A stretch of DNA of 64,000 nt from Octopus sinensis (taxonomy: Eukaryota): NCBI RefSeq assembly GCF_006345805.1, contig NC_043020.1, forward strand, positions 16,616,001 to 16,680,000, read 5' to 3'. Below the pieces are notes generated by a model. That model was given only the letters and a program-made list of their open reading frames with translations. It had not been told where the DNA came from and searched no databases. A program made the translations under genes and the position numbers. Within the stretch, counting starts at the first letter, position 1. Each line of letters opens with the position of its first letter. Positions 49,584 through 61,260 of this stretch are shown in pieces.

Positions 49584-49888
49584 ACAGAGATGTACTTGCA
49601 TAGCAAGTGATTTGATCTGAGTTCGTGTGCTGAAACGAAAACAATTGTAGCATGGAAGGCGTTTGTAAGCCATTTAAGGAACACACAAAAGCCGTTCGAT
49701 TCACTTCAACATTTAAGTTTAATTTGTCAAAATATTTTCGTCACTTTAAGACCGCGACCTGTTCACTGACAAAAATCCTTAAAGCGACGAAAATATTTTG
49801 ACAAATTAAACTTAAATGTTGAAGTGAATCAAACAGCTTTTGTGTGTTTCTTAAATGGCTTACAAACACCTTCCACGCTGCAATTGTT
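49584..49888 (-). mobile_element. Hammerhead-containing fold-back element (P2), copy 2
   Basis: 12-bp duplication tttgttatattt at 49572-83 and 49889-900; inverted arms; same left boundary as the 44048 copy. Confidence 0.85.
49723..49773 (-). ncRNA. Minimal type-I hammerhead ribozyme, G3-C8 variant, apparently intact
   Basis: On -: UUUGUCA (stem I) GUGAACA G GUCGC-GGUCUUAAA-GUGAC (stem II) GAAA A-UA-UU (stem III) U | UGACAAA (stem I). Confidence 0.75.
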
Positions 49889-50954
49889 TTTGTTATATTT
49901 AAAGTAATTGAAAGAAACACAGAGCATCTCAAAATAAATACAGTAACAATAGGGTTAACAACCCCTCGGCCAATTAGCGACATTGTTGCTTTTGGTTATT
50001 GGTCTGTGCGTACACTATCAAAGGGTGTACTTCCTGATGATTGAAGCTGGTCCCACTAGTTTTCTGTGAAAATGAGTCAAAGAAATTTGTCTATGAGTGA
50101 TGTCTTGAACCAAGTGTTGTCATCTGATGAAGAGGCTATTGACAATTATGATCATGGCAATGATGCTAATTTTGAGAGTGAATCTGACAATGATTTAGAC
50201 CCAGAAAGTGAAAGTGATGAGCTTGATGATTCTGTTGCTGTACAAAATGTACAGCCACTGGCAAATGTGCATGGTGCGGTGCCAGTTGGTCAACAAAAAA
50301 GGGAGCATGTTTGTAGCAGGAACGGCAGGCACACTTTACATGGTGGCTGGTGAGGTGGTAGACCCAATGTTCCACTCAGAGTAAGACCCAATACTCCTCC
50401 AGGATGGCAGAGAGACACTGTAGACTTTGCAGAGCACCAATTTATGCCAAATAGTTCTCCAGGGCCCAGGAACATGCCTGATACTATAAATATAGACAGC
50501 ACTCTAAATGATTATTTTAGTTTATTCTGGAATGACGACTTATGGGATATTTTACTCAAGGAAACTAAGAATCAAGCTGAAAGTGTGTCTCGGGCAAAGC
50601 CAAATAATTTCTCGGCAAAAATTTTGCATGAGAAAAAACTTACATTGGAAGAACTGAAAGATTTTTTGGCCTTTGAGTGACCATAGAAATGCTGGTGCAC
50701 AAGGCTCACTATGAACAGTACTGGCAGTCAAAGGATGCCTTACTAACACTGACCTCAGGGATTAATTATAGGACAAGTCTTGTACAGTTTATCGTTCCTA
50801 TCAATGTTCTGATTGCCCTCGTTTGCACAGTGCAATAAAGACCAAATAGCATGAATTCTGTTGCAACTCATGACCTCTGGAAAACCTGATATTTCTCAAT
50901 TTCTTTATATTTTCAATTCCTTTGGTATCCATTCTGTTAGCATATATTATTATT

Positions 50955-51239
50955 ATTAAGACAGCAAGCTGGTAGAATCATTAGCATGCCAGGTGAAATG
51001 CTTAGCGGGATTTTGCCCATAGCTATGTTCTGAGTTCAAATTCCACTGAGGTCAACTTTGCCTTTCATCTTTTCGGGGGTCAATGAATTAAGTACCATTT
51101 ATGCACTGGAGTCGATGTAATCGATTGATCCCCTCCCACCAAATTTCAGGCCTTGTGCCTTTAGTAGAAAGGATGATTGTTGTTGTTGTTGTCGTTGTCG
51201 CTGTCGTCATCACTGCCGTCATTGTTGTTGTTGTTGTTG

Positions 51240-51270
<31 letters not shown>

Positions 51271-51500
51271 TGCAGCAGCAGCAGCAGCAGCAAGGCTGGC
51301 AGAATCTTTAGCAAACCGGACAAAACACTTAGCAGTATTTCATCTGTCTTTAAGTTCTGAATTCAAATTCCACAAGGTTGACTTTACTTTTCATCCTTTT
51401 GGGGTCAATGAAATAAGTACCAGTTTCACAGTGGGGTCGATGTAATCGACTAGCCCACTTCATCACAATTTCAGGCCTTGTACCTATAGTAGAAAGGTTT
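50955..51500 (+). mobile_element. Two head-to-tail F2 SINEs separated by a (GTT)n(GCT)n(GCA)n tract
   Basis: Copies at ~50955-51175 and ~51290-51500. Confidence 0.82.
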
Positions 51501-51677
51501 ATTATCATTATTATTATTATTATTATTATGCAATGATGTCTTGTTATTCATTCGGTTTCATTGTGAACATTTTCTATGCTCTCAGTTCTTCTCTATTTTT
51601 TTCATTGTAATGCGATTATTTTCTTCCAGAATACTTTGTCAACTGACTGAGCAGGAAACCTTGACACTTCTCTCTCA

Positions 51678-51717
<40 letters not shown>

Positions 51718-52459
51718 CACATGCAAGAGAGACAGGCTGCTCTGAGACACACAAAGACAGACAAAACAGATGCGGTTGATGATAGATATCTATATATTGT
51801 TTTAATCTGTTCAAATTGCATGGTGGATACCAAAGACACAATTGTTAATATATAATGCATGCACTACATAAATAAATCACAAGCATCGGCAATATTGATT
51901 TTTATTGTTGTTGTTGATAACGATGTTGTTGCTGGTAATGATGTTGGTGTGTGTTGTTGTTGAACAACATGGATTCCTATTCTTAATTTAACAGCACGCC
52001 GTATTAACTAGCGACCATCATAGCAGCCTCTCATTTTTTCCGTAGTAGTGATGATGATGGTGGGGTCGTTATGTATGTATGTATGAATGATGTTGTTGTT
52101 GTTGTTGTTGCACCAGTTACAAACTGTAATTGAACTCGTGTCTAACCACTCATTTCACAATTGATGGAACAAAAGATCAAATTCAACAAAACTCCGACAT
52201 AAAAAGATCTAACTAAACATTGACATTGATTCAATAATTTCTAACATCAAGGCTATTTTCAGTTCGATTGGGGCTTGTTTATATTTTGTTTGCTTTTTGT
52301 TGGTTGTTTTTTTTTGTTTCGTTTTTCAATGAAATCAGGCTGTTTTGTTATATAACTGATTCCATATTGCTGGCTGGCCTCAGACAATATGCATTATTGT
52401 TAACCTCCCACTAATAACATCTCTCTGCTAATATATACTTCTCTGTCTCTCTTTCTGTA

Positions 52460-52705
52460 TACGTGCATGCATGTGTGTATGTGCATGCATGTCTATACAT
52501 GCATGTGTATGTGTGTATGTGCACATATATGTATGTTATATACATATATATATATGTATACATACATATATATACATATATATATGTATATATATGTATG
52601 TATATATATATATGTATATATATGTATGTATACATATATATAAATAGATAGATATATTATGTATGTGTGTGCATGTGTATTTATGTATGCATACATGCAT
52701 ACCTA

Positions 52706-52763
<58 letters not shown>

Positions 52764-52790
52764 ATATAAACATGTGTATGTATACACACA
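52460..52790. repeat. Compound (TA)n/(TG)n microsatellite
   Basis: Direct reading. Confidence 0.95.
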
Positions 52791-53159
52791 TATACAATAT
52801 AATTACTGATTAAAATATCACAGAAAAATATTGATACATCAAATGAAATTTTGTTGGTCTCTTTTTTTTCTTTTATTATTTTTTGCATTCAGAAATAGAA
52901 AAATAAATAGTGAAAATTTAATTGTACAAACATTATTATTTTATCAAGTAATTGTGTGAGTTGGTGTGCTTGCATTAATCCCACATTTCATATGTTTATT
53001 TACACACGCACACATACACACACATGTAACACCTTTATAGTCAATACACACAACTCACACCAACCAACAAGGAATCCTCTATATCTCAGTAATTTTCAAA
53101 CAGTATTTTGTTGCATCTGATGTGCCCTCAGCATATCTCGGGTTTTTAAAAATACAGTT

Positions 53160-53388
53160 TAGCCTTTTAGATACTGACCCACCTGAGACCACCCCTGCTT
53201 CTACGATATAGTCTTCCCTTTTTTAAATGATTCAGATGAAAGCTTTAGTTCAAATTAAATTTTAATTTTAAAGTGATTCAAATTAAAGCTTAATAATGAC
53301 AAAGTTATTTGACTAAACTTGTCTTGATTTTTAAAAATCAATTGAAACAAAAGCAGTGTATTTCAATAGAAATATGGTAACAAAAGGG
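53160..53388. mobile_element. TTAA MITE family B copy
   Basis: Ends gtaacaaaagggTTAA (53389-92); body colinear with the 22545 copy. Confidence 0.72.
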
Positions 53389-53616
53389 TTAAGGCTTAGG
53401 CACATCCATGTTAATGCTTAAATTTCTTGAAAAGAAAATGTATTCATATTGAGAGACTGATGGGAGAAGTACCAGGCATAAGAATAAAAAATAAATAAGT
53501 AAAATAAATAAGTGGGGTTAGGGTTAGTTCATTCGATGAAAAGTTTTTCAAGGCCATGCCCCATCAAGGCTGAAGTCAAACTGCTAAAACAAGTAAAAGA
53601 TAAAAGATATATGTAT

Positions 53617-53774
53617 AGGCGCAGGAGTGGCTGTGGGGTAAGTAGCTTGCTTACCAACCACATGGTTCCAGGTTCATTCCCACTGTGTGGCACCTTGGGC
53701 AAGTGTCTTCTACTGTAGCCTCAGGCCGACCAAAGTCTTGTGAGTGAATTTGGTAGATGGAAACTGAAAGAAGC

Positions 53775-53816
<42 letters not shown>

Positions 53817-54035
53817 TGTGTGTATATGTTTGTGTGTCTGTGTTTGTCCCCCCAACATCGCTTGACAACCGATGCTGGTGTGTTTACGTCTCCGTAACTT
53901 AGCGGTTCAGCAAAAGAGACCGATAGAATAAGTACTAGGCTTACAAAGAATAAGTCCTGGGGTTGATTTGTTCGACTAAAGGCGGTGCTCCAGCATGGCC
54001 GCAGTCACATGACTGAAACAAGTAAAAGAGTAAAG
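53617..54035 (+). mobile_element. F1 SINE, near consensus
   Basis: Head-to-tail match; flanked by ~116-nt direct repeats. Confidence 0.9.
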
Positions 54036-54316
54036 TAAAATAAATAAGTGGGGTTAGGGTCAATTCGTTCGCTGAAAAGTTTTTCAAGGTGATGCCCCGA
54101 TAAGGCTGCAGTCAAATGGCTAAAACAAGTAAAAGATTAAAGATATATGCCTCAACAACATATATATATAAACAAACTTATATTTTGTTGTGTCTGGGGA
54201 GAGTCATTTTCTTTTTGTGCCTTATAATGTAACACACTCACCGGTAAAATTTCCACTTATTTCTTATATTTATTTTCTTAAAATTTTCATTGATGTTTTA
54301 GCACATCCATGTTGAT

Positions 54317-54601
54317 GCTGACATCATAAGAATTTTATAAACATTCTAGAGAATGTGAAATAATTATTTTTTGGAATAATGCTTCTTGAAGCACATCACA
54401 TACAGCTATAAAGAATAGCATGTATATATTGGATTACTGGATAGAAAACGTCAAAGGCCACTTGTGGGACTCAAAACCACATCTGTTATCACATCTACAA
54501 GAGCACAGGACGTCATGAAGTCCAGAAATTAAACCTTAAATGTTTATAGATTTTCATAGTCATAGAAGTAAGATATCTGTTGTTCAAATAAAGGGCTCAC
54601 T
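54317..54601 (+). repeat. ~285-nt direct repeat upstream of exon C
   Basis: Colinear with 55836-56119. Confidence 0.9.
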
Positions 54602-55190
54602 TATATTTGTTTTCTAGAAATGTTGAATGTGTATTGCATTATACAGACAAGAAAGTAATATTTCAAATGCAGTATTGCCATGAAAACAGCAGGCAAATCA
54701 GGTATTATTATCCTTGCAGTCCCTTGACAGCTTTTTTCCATCTTGCAAGAGTTAGGTTACCCAATTTTTTTGCTGTTTTTACTTTGTTACTACCTTCAGA
54801 ATATTAATTTCTTGTCTGTATATATGTATGTATTTGTGAGGTTGCATGTGTTTGCGTCTCCCCTTGACATCATGTAATGTTGTAAATGAATGTCATTTGT
54901 TTCTAATATCCTGTCCATGAGGAGATATTTCCTCACTTGAAAACAGATGAGGCTTGGCAATGGGGAAAGGCATCCAGTTGTAGATGTTCTGCTTCAGTAA
55001 ACTCGATCCAACCTATGAAAGCATAGGAAAGTGAACATTAAAATGATGATGAATAACAGCCACACTAAAGCTTATTTTGTACTTGTCTCAGATATGAGGT
55101 GAACTGTTCCATTTATTCATTGTTGGTCTTGTGATTGAAACGAAAAATGTATGAAATAGTTTGATTAATTGAATTTATTTTATATTTCAG

Positions 55191-55274
55191 CTATTGATAG
55201 GTTTTGAATCGGGTATAGTGGTTGTGTGGGATTTAAAGAATAAAACAGCCGAATTAAGATTTTCTACCCCTGAA
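55191..55274 (+). CDS. STXBP5: Tomosyn internal coding exon C, 84 nt, phase 0-0
   Basis: Acceptor tatatttcAG ends 55190 and donor GTAAGT starts 55275. Encodes LLIGFESGIVVVWDLKNKTAELRFSTPE (cf. tomosyn LLIGFESGTVVLWDLKSKKADYRYTYDE), in frame with exon B. Confidence 0.94.
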
Positions 55275-55539
55275 GTAAGTATTCTCTTTCTCTATATACC
55301 TTTTTCCATATGTAACTTAAGACAGTGCTCCAGCATGGCTGCAGTCAAATGACTGAAACAAGAAAAAGTAAAAGAAATATATATATATTTCAAAGATTTA
55401 ATAAAATATACACATAATAATATATATACACACACATATTCAAGTATATAAGCATATCTGTTTATATGCATATATATATATATGTATGCATTTGTATGTG
55501 TGTACATGTGTAAATGTGTGTGTGTGTGTGTGGAAATTG

Positions 55540-55828
55540 TAGTTGTGGTCGTTGCCAGTGCTGCCTGACTGGTTCCCCATACCAATAGCATGTAAAAACC
55601 ACCATCCAAACATGGCTGATGCCAGTTCCACCTGACTGGCTCCCATGCTGGTGGCACGTAAAAAGCACCCACTACACTCTCGGAGTGGTTGGTGTTAGGA
55701 AGGGCATCCAGCTGTAGAAACATTGCCAGATCAGATTAGAGCCTGGTGCAGCCTCTTGGCTTGCCAGTCCCCACTCAAACGGTCCAACCCATGCCAGCAT
55801 GGAAAGCGGACGTTAAACAATGATGATT
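55540..55828 (+). mobile_element. F3 (RTE 3'-UTR) copy
   Basis: tggcacgtaaaaagcacccactacactctcggagtgg...ggacgttaaacaatgatga. Confidence 0.85.
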
Positions 55829-55835
55829 ATGATTA

Positions 55836-56119
55836 CTGATGCCATAAGAATTTTATAAACTTTCAAGAGAATGTGAAATAATTATTTTTTGGAATAATGC
55901 TTCTCGGAGCACATCACATACAGCTATAAAGAATAGCATGTATATATTGGGTTGCTGGATAGAAAAAGTCAAAGGCCACTCATGGGACTCAAAACCACAT
56001 CTCTTGTCTAATCTACAAGTGCACAGCACATCATGAAGTCCAGAAATTAAACCTTACATGTTTTTAGATTTTCATAGTCATAGAATTAAGATATCAGTTG
56101 TTCAAATAAAGGGCTCACT
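55836..56119 (+). repeat. ~285-nt direct repeat downstream of exon C
   Basis: Colinear with 54317-54601. Confidence 0.9.
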
Positions 56120-57059
56120 GAATATAATATGAACATCAACAACACCATAGAATACAGCTGTCTATCAGAAATATCTCTCTCTTTCTCTCTCCTTCAGTGA
56201 AGTGATTCGTATAAGAAGCAGTGTATGATGTATGAGTCATTTCTATTGCATTATTTCAACAAAATGGTTGGTATAAGGGATGACATAAGATATAAGTTAC
56301 TCAGGAGAAATATGTTGACTGATACAAGGAAAGGTTTCTAATTTTCATTTGTGATTGTGTTGTGAATTTTTTTGTTTTGTTTGACAATTTACTTTACATA
56401 TGTCTAGAAAAAATAAATATCCTTGCGGCTATTTACCAGAGTATTTTGGAAGTAGGTTTATTGAATCTGTTGTTTAGAAGAAACATCCAAATTTTCTTTA
56501 TGCCACGAGGCATTTTCTAACAAAACAATGAAACCAAGCCGGCGACGAGAACATCTTGTTACACTCAACATTCGAAAGATAATGATAAACTTATTGAACA
56601 TTTTCAAGAACCATATAAGAGATTTAAAAACCATTCTAAAAAAAAAAAACTGCATCATTTAAGGCAAATCACGAAGATAGATAAACTGTAGCTTATCATA
56701 TATCACAATTAATTGCAGAGAGCAGTAACAGCCATAATGTAGGTGGAACTTTGATAACACTTTCTATCAAAGTGTTTTCTCAACAGCTGTGCATTAAGTT
56801 CCAACTTCAGTTATAAAAACTCTAAGACTACACTTTGATGAAATGGGTTAATGTTGAAAATAAATTTATTAATGGTCTTCAAAACTCACCATTTTCTATG
56901 CTGTTGGACATTAATGCTTTATTGGTGAAAAATGCAGTGTTTTGATAAAAAAAATAGTGCACCGCACAAAGATGTGATATTTACTGTAAATTTTGTTACA
57001 GATACAGGGATATCTCCTGCTATGAAATCATATATAGCAATAATAATAATGATAATAAT

Positions 57060-57790
57060 AATAATAATTTCAAACTATGATACAGGGCCAGCAATTTTGG
57101 GGTAGGGGTATGTCAATTACATCAATCCCAGTATTCAACTGGTACTTATTTTATCGATCCTGAAAGGGTGAAAGGCAAAGTTCACCTCGGTGGAATTTGA
57201 ACTCAGAACACAAAGCCCGAAGAAATACAGCTAAGCATTTTGCTTGATGTGCTAATAATTCTACCAGCTCACTACCTTTGCAATAATAATAATAATAATA
57301 ATATAATAATAATAATAATAGTAGTAGTAGTAGTAGTAGTAGTAATGGTTTCAAATTTTGCCATAAGAGCAGCCATTTTGGGGGAGGAGATGAATCGATT
57401 ACATTGACCCCAATATCCAACTGATACTTATCTTATTGAGCCCAAAAGAATGAAAGGTAAAGTCAACTTTGGCAGAATTTGAACTCAGATTGGAGTGATG
57501 GGCAAAATACTGTTAAGCATTTCATCCAGCAAGCTAACAATTCTGCCAGCTCACTGCCTTAATAATAATAATAATAATCATTTCTACTATAGGCACAAGG
57601 CCTGAAATTTTAGGAGAAGATGCCAGTCAATTAGATCGACTCCAGTATGCAACTGGTACTTAATTTATCAAACCCAAAAGGATGAAAGGCAAAATTGACT
57701 TCAGCAGAATTTGAACTCAGAATGCAACGATGGGCAAAATATCGCTTAGCATTTCATCCATCATGCTAACAATTCTGCCAGCTTGCCAGC
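57060..57790 (-). mobile_element. Three tandem F2 SINEs joined by (TAA)n/(TAG)n
   Basis: Copies at ~57060-57280, 57345-57560 and 57580-57790. Confidence 0.82.
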
Positions 57791-57975
57791 TTAATAATAA
57801 TGAACCTTGAACAGTACTGTTGCATGAGTTAATGACAGCATTACCAGTAATGAGTCTTTGTTGCAGTTTTGTTTCTTATTTGAAGAAGGACATGTCATAC
57901 ATTTTTTGTATGGATTATATGGTCTGTAGGTAATACCTTGTCAGAAAACATTTGAGCACAAGTCTTCATAATTAA

Positions 57976-58196
57976 CCCTTTAGTGTTTAATCCGGCCACA
58001 TCCGGCCCAATATATTATACATGTTTTATATTCAAACTGGCGATATCCAGCCTCTCACACCTAACCTACAGTGACATTCTAAAAATAAACATTCACATCA
58101 TTGAGACCTCAAAGCTATAAGATAATGCATGATTAATTCAAAACAATTTGTGTGAAAAAGTATTACATTTAACAGAATAATCTGAACACTAAAAGG
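57976..58196. mobile_element. TTAA MITE family A
   Basis: TTAA at 57972-75 and 58197-200; reverse orientation to the 11483 copy. Confidence 0.85.
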
Positions 58197-58220
58197 TTAA
58201 ACATAAAATTTGGATCTTGA

Positions 58221-58428
58221 CTCTTTAGCAGCTATATCCTTGTATTCTACCTTGTTTTATGTTCAGTTTGGCAAGATCCAGCCTTTCACTCTTATCCTAC
58301 AATGTCATTCCAAAAAATGAACAATCACACCATTGAAATCTTAAAACTATGAAATAATGTATGGTTAATTCAAAACATAGTGAATGAATAAGCATAAGAT
58401 TTGACATAGTAATCTGAATGCTAAAGAG
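58221..58428. mobile_element. TTAA MITE family A, older adjacent copy
   Basis: ttga-ctctttagc ... gctaaagag-TTAA; colinear with 57976-58196. Confidence 0.75.
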
Positions 58429-59022
58429 TTAAGAAGAAAGCAAGTACCAAAAATTGACAGAATATTTTGACAGGCACGCTTAGACAGTAATGAACAATTT
58501 ACCAAGCTGCTATAACTCTCAGAAGTTTGTTGGCTCTCAAAGAGTGTATGTGTGACTTGTTTTATTGAATTATACGAGAGTATCATACTGTTTGTTGAAA
58601 GCGAAAATGACATTGATCTCTGCCAATATTGTTAAGAAAAAATAAAACACAAATTATATTTGGCAGTCATTTTTAAGAAATATAATTAAATTAATTTGCA
58701 GCTTCAATGAGCCAATATAACACTTATAATTGAAAAACGAAATGTTGCTTTCCTCATTTATTGAAGAACTTGATCTTTTCCATTGTAAACTTTTAAAGGG
58801 GCAATTTCGTTAGTCTAATGATATGTTATAAACATGTTATAATAGTAGAGAAAACTGCAAGATTCATTTATCAACTTAACCTGCTCAAGCTGTAATCCTC
58901 AGTTTGCTGGGAGTTTTAAACCTCACACTCAGCCTAATTTCCAGCTTAGTAGGAATTGGTAAACACCATGATTAAAATCTAGTCAGACTAAAAATAAGTT
59001 GACCTAAAAATAAAGTGACCAT

Positions 59023-59188
59023 AGGCGTAGAAGTGGCTGTGTGGTAGGTAGCTTGCTTACCAACCACATGGTTCCGGATTCTGTGCCACTGCGCGGCACC
59101 TTGAACAAGTGTCTTCTACTATAGCCTCGGGCCAACCAAAGCCTTGTGAGTGGATTTGGTAGATGGAAACTGAAAGAAACTTGTCATA

Positions 59189-59249
<61 letters not shown>

Positions 59250-59455
59250 ATACGTTTATGTGTCTGTGTTTGTCCCCCCCAACATCGCTTGACAACCGAT
59301 GCTGGTGTGTTACGTCTCTGTAACTTAGCAGTTCGGCGAAAGAGACTGATAATAAGTACTAGGCTTACAAAGAATAAGTCCTGGGGTCGATTTGCTCGAC
59401 TAAAGGCGGTGCTCCAGCATGGCCACAGTCAAATGACTGAAACAAGTAAAAGAGT
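59023..59455 (+). mobile_element. F1 SINE
   Basis: Head-to-tail match. Confidence 0.88.
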
Positions 59456-59742
59456 ATCAGTGATCAATGCAGAATTTGTTTACAACTTTCAGCTCAGAGA
59501 TAACATAGTTTTAGGTGTTGTTATACCAATTTTTCAGCCACGGTGCTCACCACACCTAAACACTTTGAGAGAGCAAAAAATAAAAAGACAACAATGTAAA
59601 TAGTTTACTTCTGAAGAGGTTGTGGTAGATTTTAGATTCTGGTAAAGATCAGTAGGAATTTTCAGTCACCTGTATCCAGAGGATAACTTGGAGTTAGTTA
59701 AAAATTAGATATTTCAAGTGGAAAATTATTAAGGATGTTTCT

Positions 59743-60140
59743 TAGGAGTGGCTGTGTGGTAAGTAGCTTGCTTACCAACCACATGGTTCCGGGTTCAGTC
59801 CCACTGCATGGCACCTTGGGCAAGTGTCTTCTACTATAGCCTCGGGCCGACCAAAGCCTTGTGAGTGGATTTGGTAGACGGAAACTGAAAGAAGCCCGTC
59901 GTATATATGTATATATATATATACATGTGTGGGTTTGTGTGTCTGTGTTTGTCCCCCTAGCATTGCTTGACAACCGATGCTGGTATGTTTATGCCCCCAT
60001 TACTTAGTGGTTCGGCAAAAGAGACCGATAGAATAAGTACTGGGCTTACAAAAAGAATAAGTCCCGGGGTCGAGTTGCTTGATTAAAGGCGGTGCTCCAG
60101 CATGGCCGAAGTCAAATGACTGAAACAAGTAAAAGAGTAA
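59743..60140 (+). mobile_element. F1 SINE, near consensus
   Basis: Head-to-tail match. Confidence 0.88.
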
Positions 60141-60718
60141 GGTGGTGGGGAGGAGCGGGTTCTTCTCAATCAGCTGACAGGTGTGTTGATGCAATGTTAG
60201 TTTCAGATTGACAGATGACTAATCCCAAATAATATCCTCAAAATTTTTGTCCAGTAATTTTTTGTTAGCCTCTTTTTGTTTGTGATATGTATGTTTTCAT
60301 GTTCTGGATATGACAATTGGGTACAGAGTATCTAGTTATGTCCCCATGCTCGGGGCTGATAAGTGGGGTTAGTGAACTTCAAAAATAGCGGAAAACAATT
60401 TAATGATAGTTTAGAAGCGGAAGGTATATGATTGGATGGTGAATACTTTTTACTGCAAATCCAGTTGAATTTGATGTGACGTGTGAAGAGGAACAATCAG
60501 AAGTAAGATATGATAGGTATGACACTAAACTGTATCTGGTGGTGAGGTTCCAGTTCTGGAGGTGTGGTGAGCAGTCACTCCTTAATTACTCCTAGATCAG
60601 TTCTGGCCTGGAATGGTAGTACTTTTCAGGGTCCCATCTATGGGTTAAATAGATTTTTGTAAGGGTAGACTGGACTCTTTAGTAATCAATCTAGAAGGAA
60701 AACTCCAAAATTAATACC

Positions 60719-60950
60719 TATTTCTTTACTACCCACAAGGGGCTAAACACAGGGGGGACAAACAAGGACAGACACACGGATTAAGTTGATTACATCGACC
60801 CCAGTGCGTAGCTGGTACTTATTTAATCGACCCCGAAAGGATGAAAGGCAAAGTCGACCTCAGCAGAATTTGAACTCGGAACATAACGGCTGACGAAATA
60901 CGGCTACGCATTTCGCCCGGCGTGCTAACGACTCTGCCAGCTCGCCACCT
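60719..60950 (-). mobile_element. F2-long SINE
   Basis: Reverse complement of F2-long. Confidence 0.88.
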
Positions 60951-60974
60951 ACCATCTTCCAAAATTCGCTAAGT

Positions 60975-61260
60975 CAACATGGAAGAGTATGGTTGATGAA
61001 ATTAACATGAGGTGTGTCCACTAATGTAGATTCATACGATGGGAGAAACTATCTCGTGTTAGCGCACATTCTGCTGTCAGTGGAGTTCGAGGCAGGAAAT
61101 GATGATGAACTAAGCAGATCCATAGTCTCACTTGGTCATGCTTGGAAATCCAGCCAAAATGTCTAATGATACTTGCTTATGATAGGACCTCATTATGAAG
61201 CTACCTGGGGATCTCTACCACCATCCTAGGAATGGTGGGTAGAAAAAAATGAATGGCTGG
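60975..61260 (+). mobile_element. Possible very old RTE ORF C-terminal relic
   Basis: Weak motifs only (SGVRGRK; LMILAYDRTSL). Confidence 0.3.

Larger units (their letters stand above)
49420..49954. mobile_element. TTAA MITE family B nested in the piggyBac 5' region
   Basis: TTAA at 49416-19 and 49955-58; colinear with 24425-24637 apart from the insert 49584-49888. Confidence 0.88.
49311..50760 (+). mobile_element. piggyBac element 5' portion with a decayed transposase
   Basis: TTAA-CCC start at 49307-13. The frame from 50072 has an acidic N-terminus, an in-frame stop at 50351-53, then GPRN...YFSLFWNDDLWDILLKET...LTLEELKDF; after a frameshift FFGL-VTIEMLVHKAHYEQYWQSKD. Confidence 0.75.
56400..58950 (+). 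pseudogene. Decayed hAT (Charlie/Buster, ZBED5/SCAND3-like) transposase fragmented by SINEs and MITEs
   Basis: Fragments MSRKNKYPCGYLPEY, LCHEAFSNKTMKPSRRREHL, AYHISQLIAESSNSHNVG, NVENKFINGLQNSPFSMLLD and KLL*LSEVCWLSKSVC...INLQLQ occur in the expected order. Confidence 0.75.

Noticed and set aside
50745-50765. Possible right piggyBac end (ctcaggg-a-ttaa)
   Set aside because: Imperfect match to the left terminus and it falls within the transposase-like frame; treated as truncation.
51101-51445. Poly-Val/poly-Ala ORF
   Set aside because: Translation of a triplet microsatellite between two SINEs.
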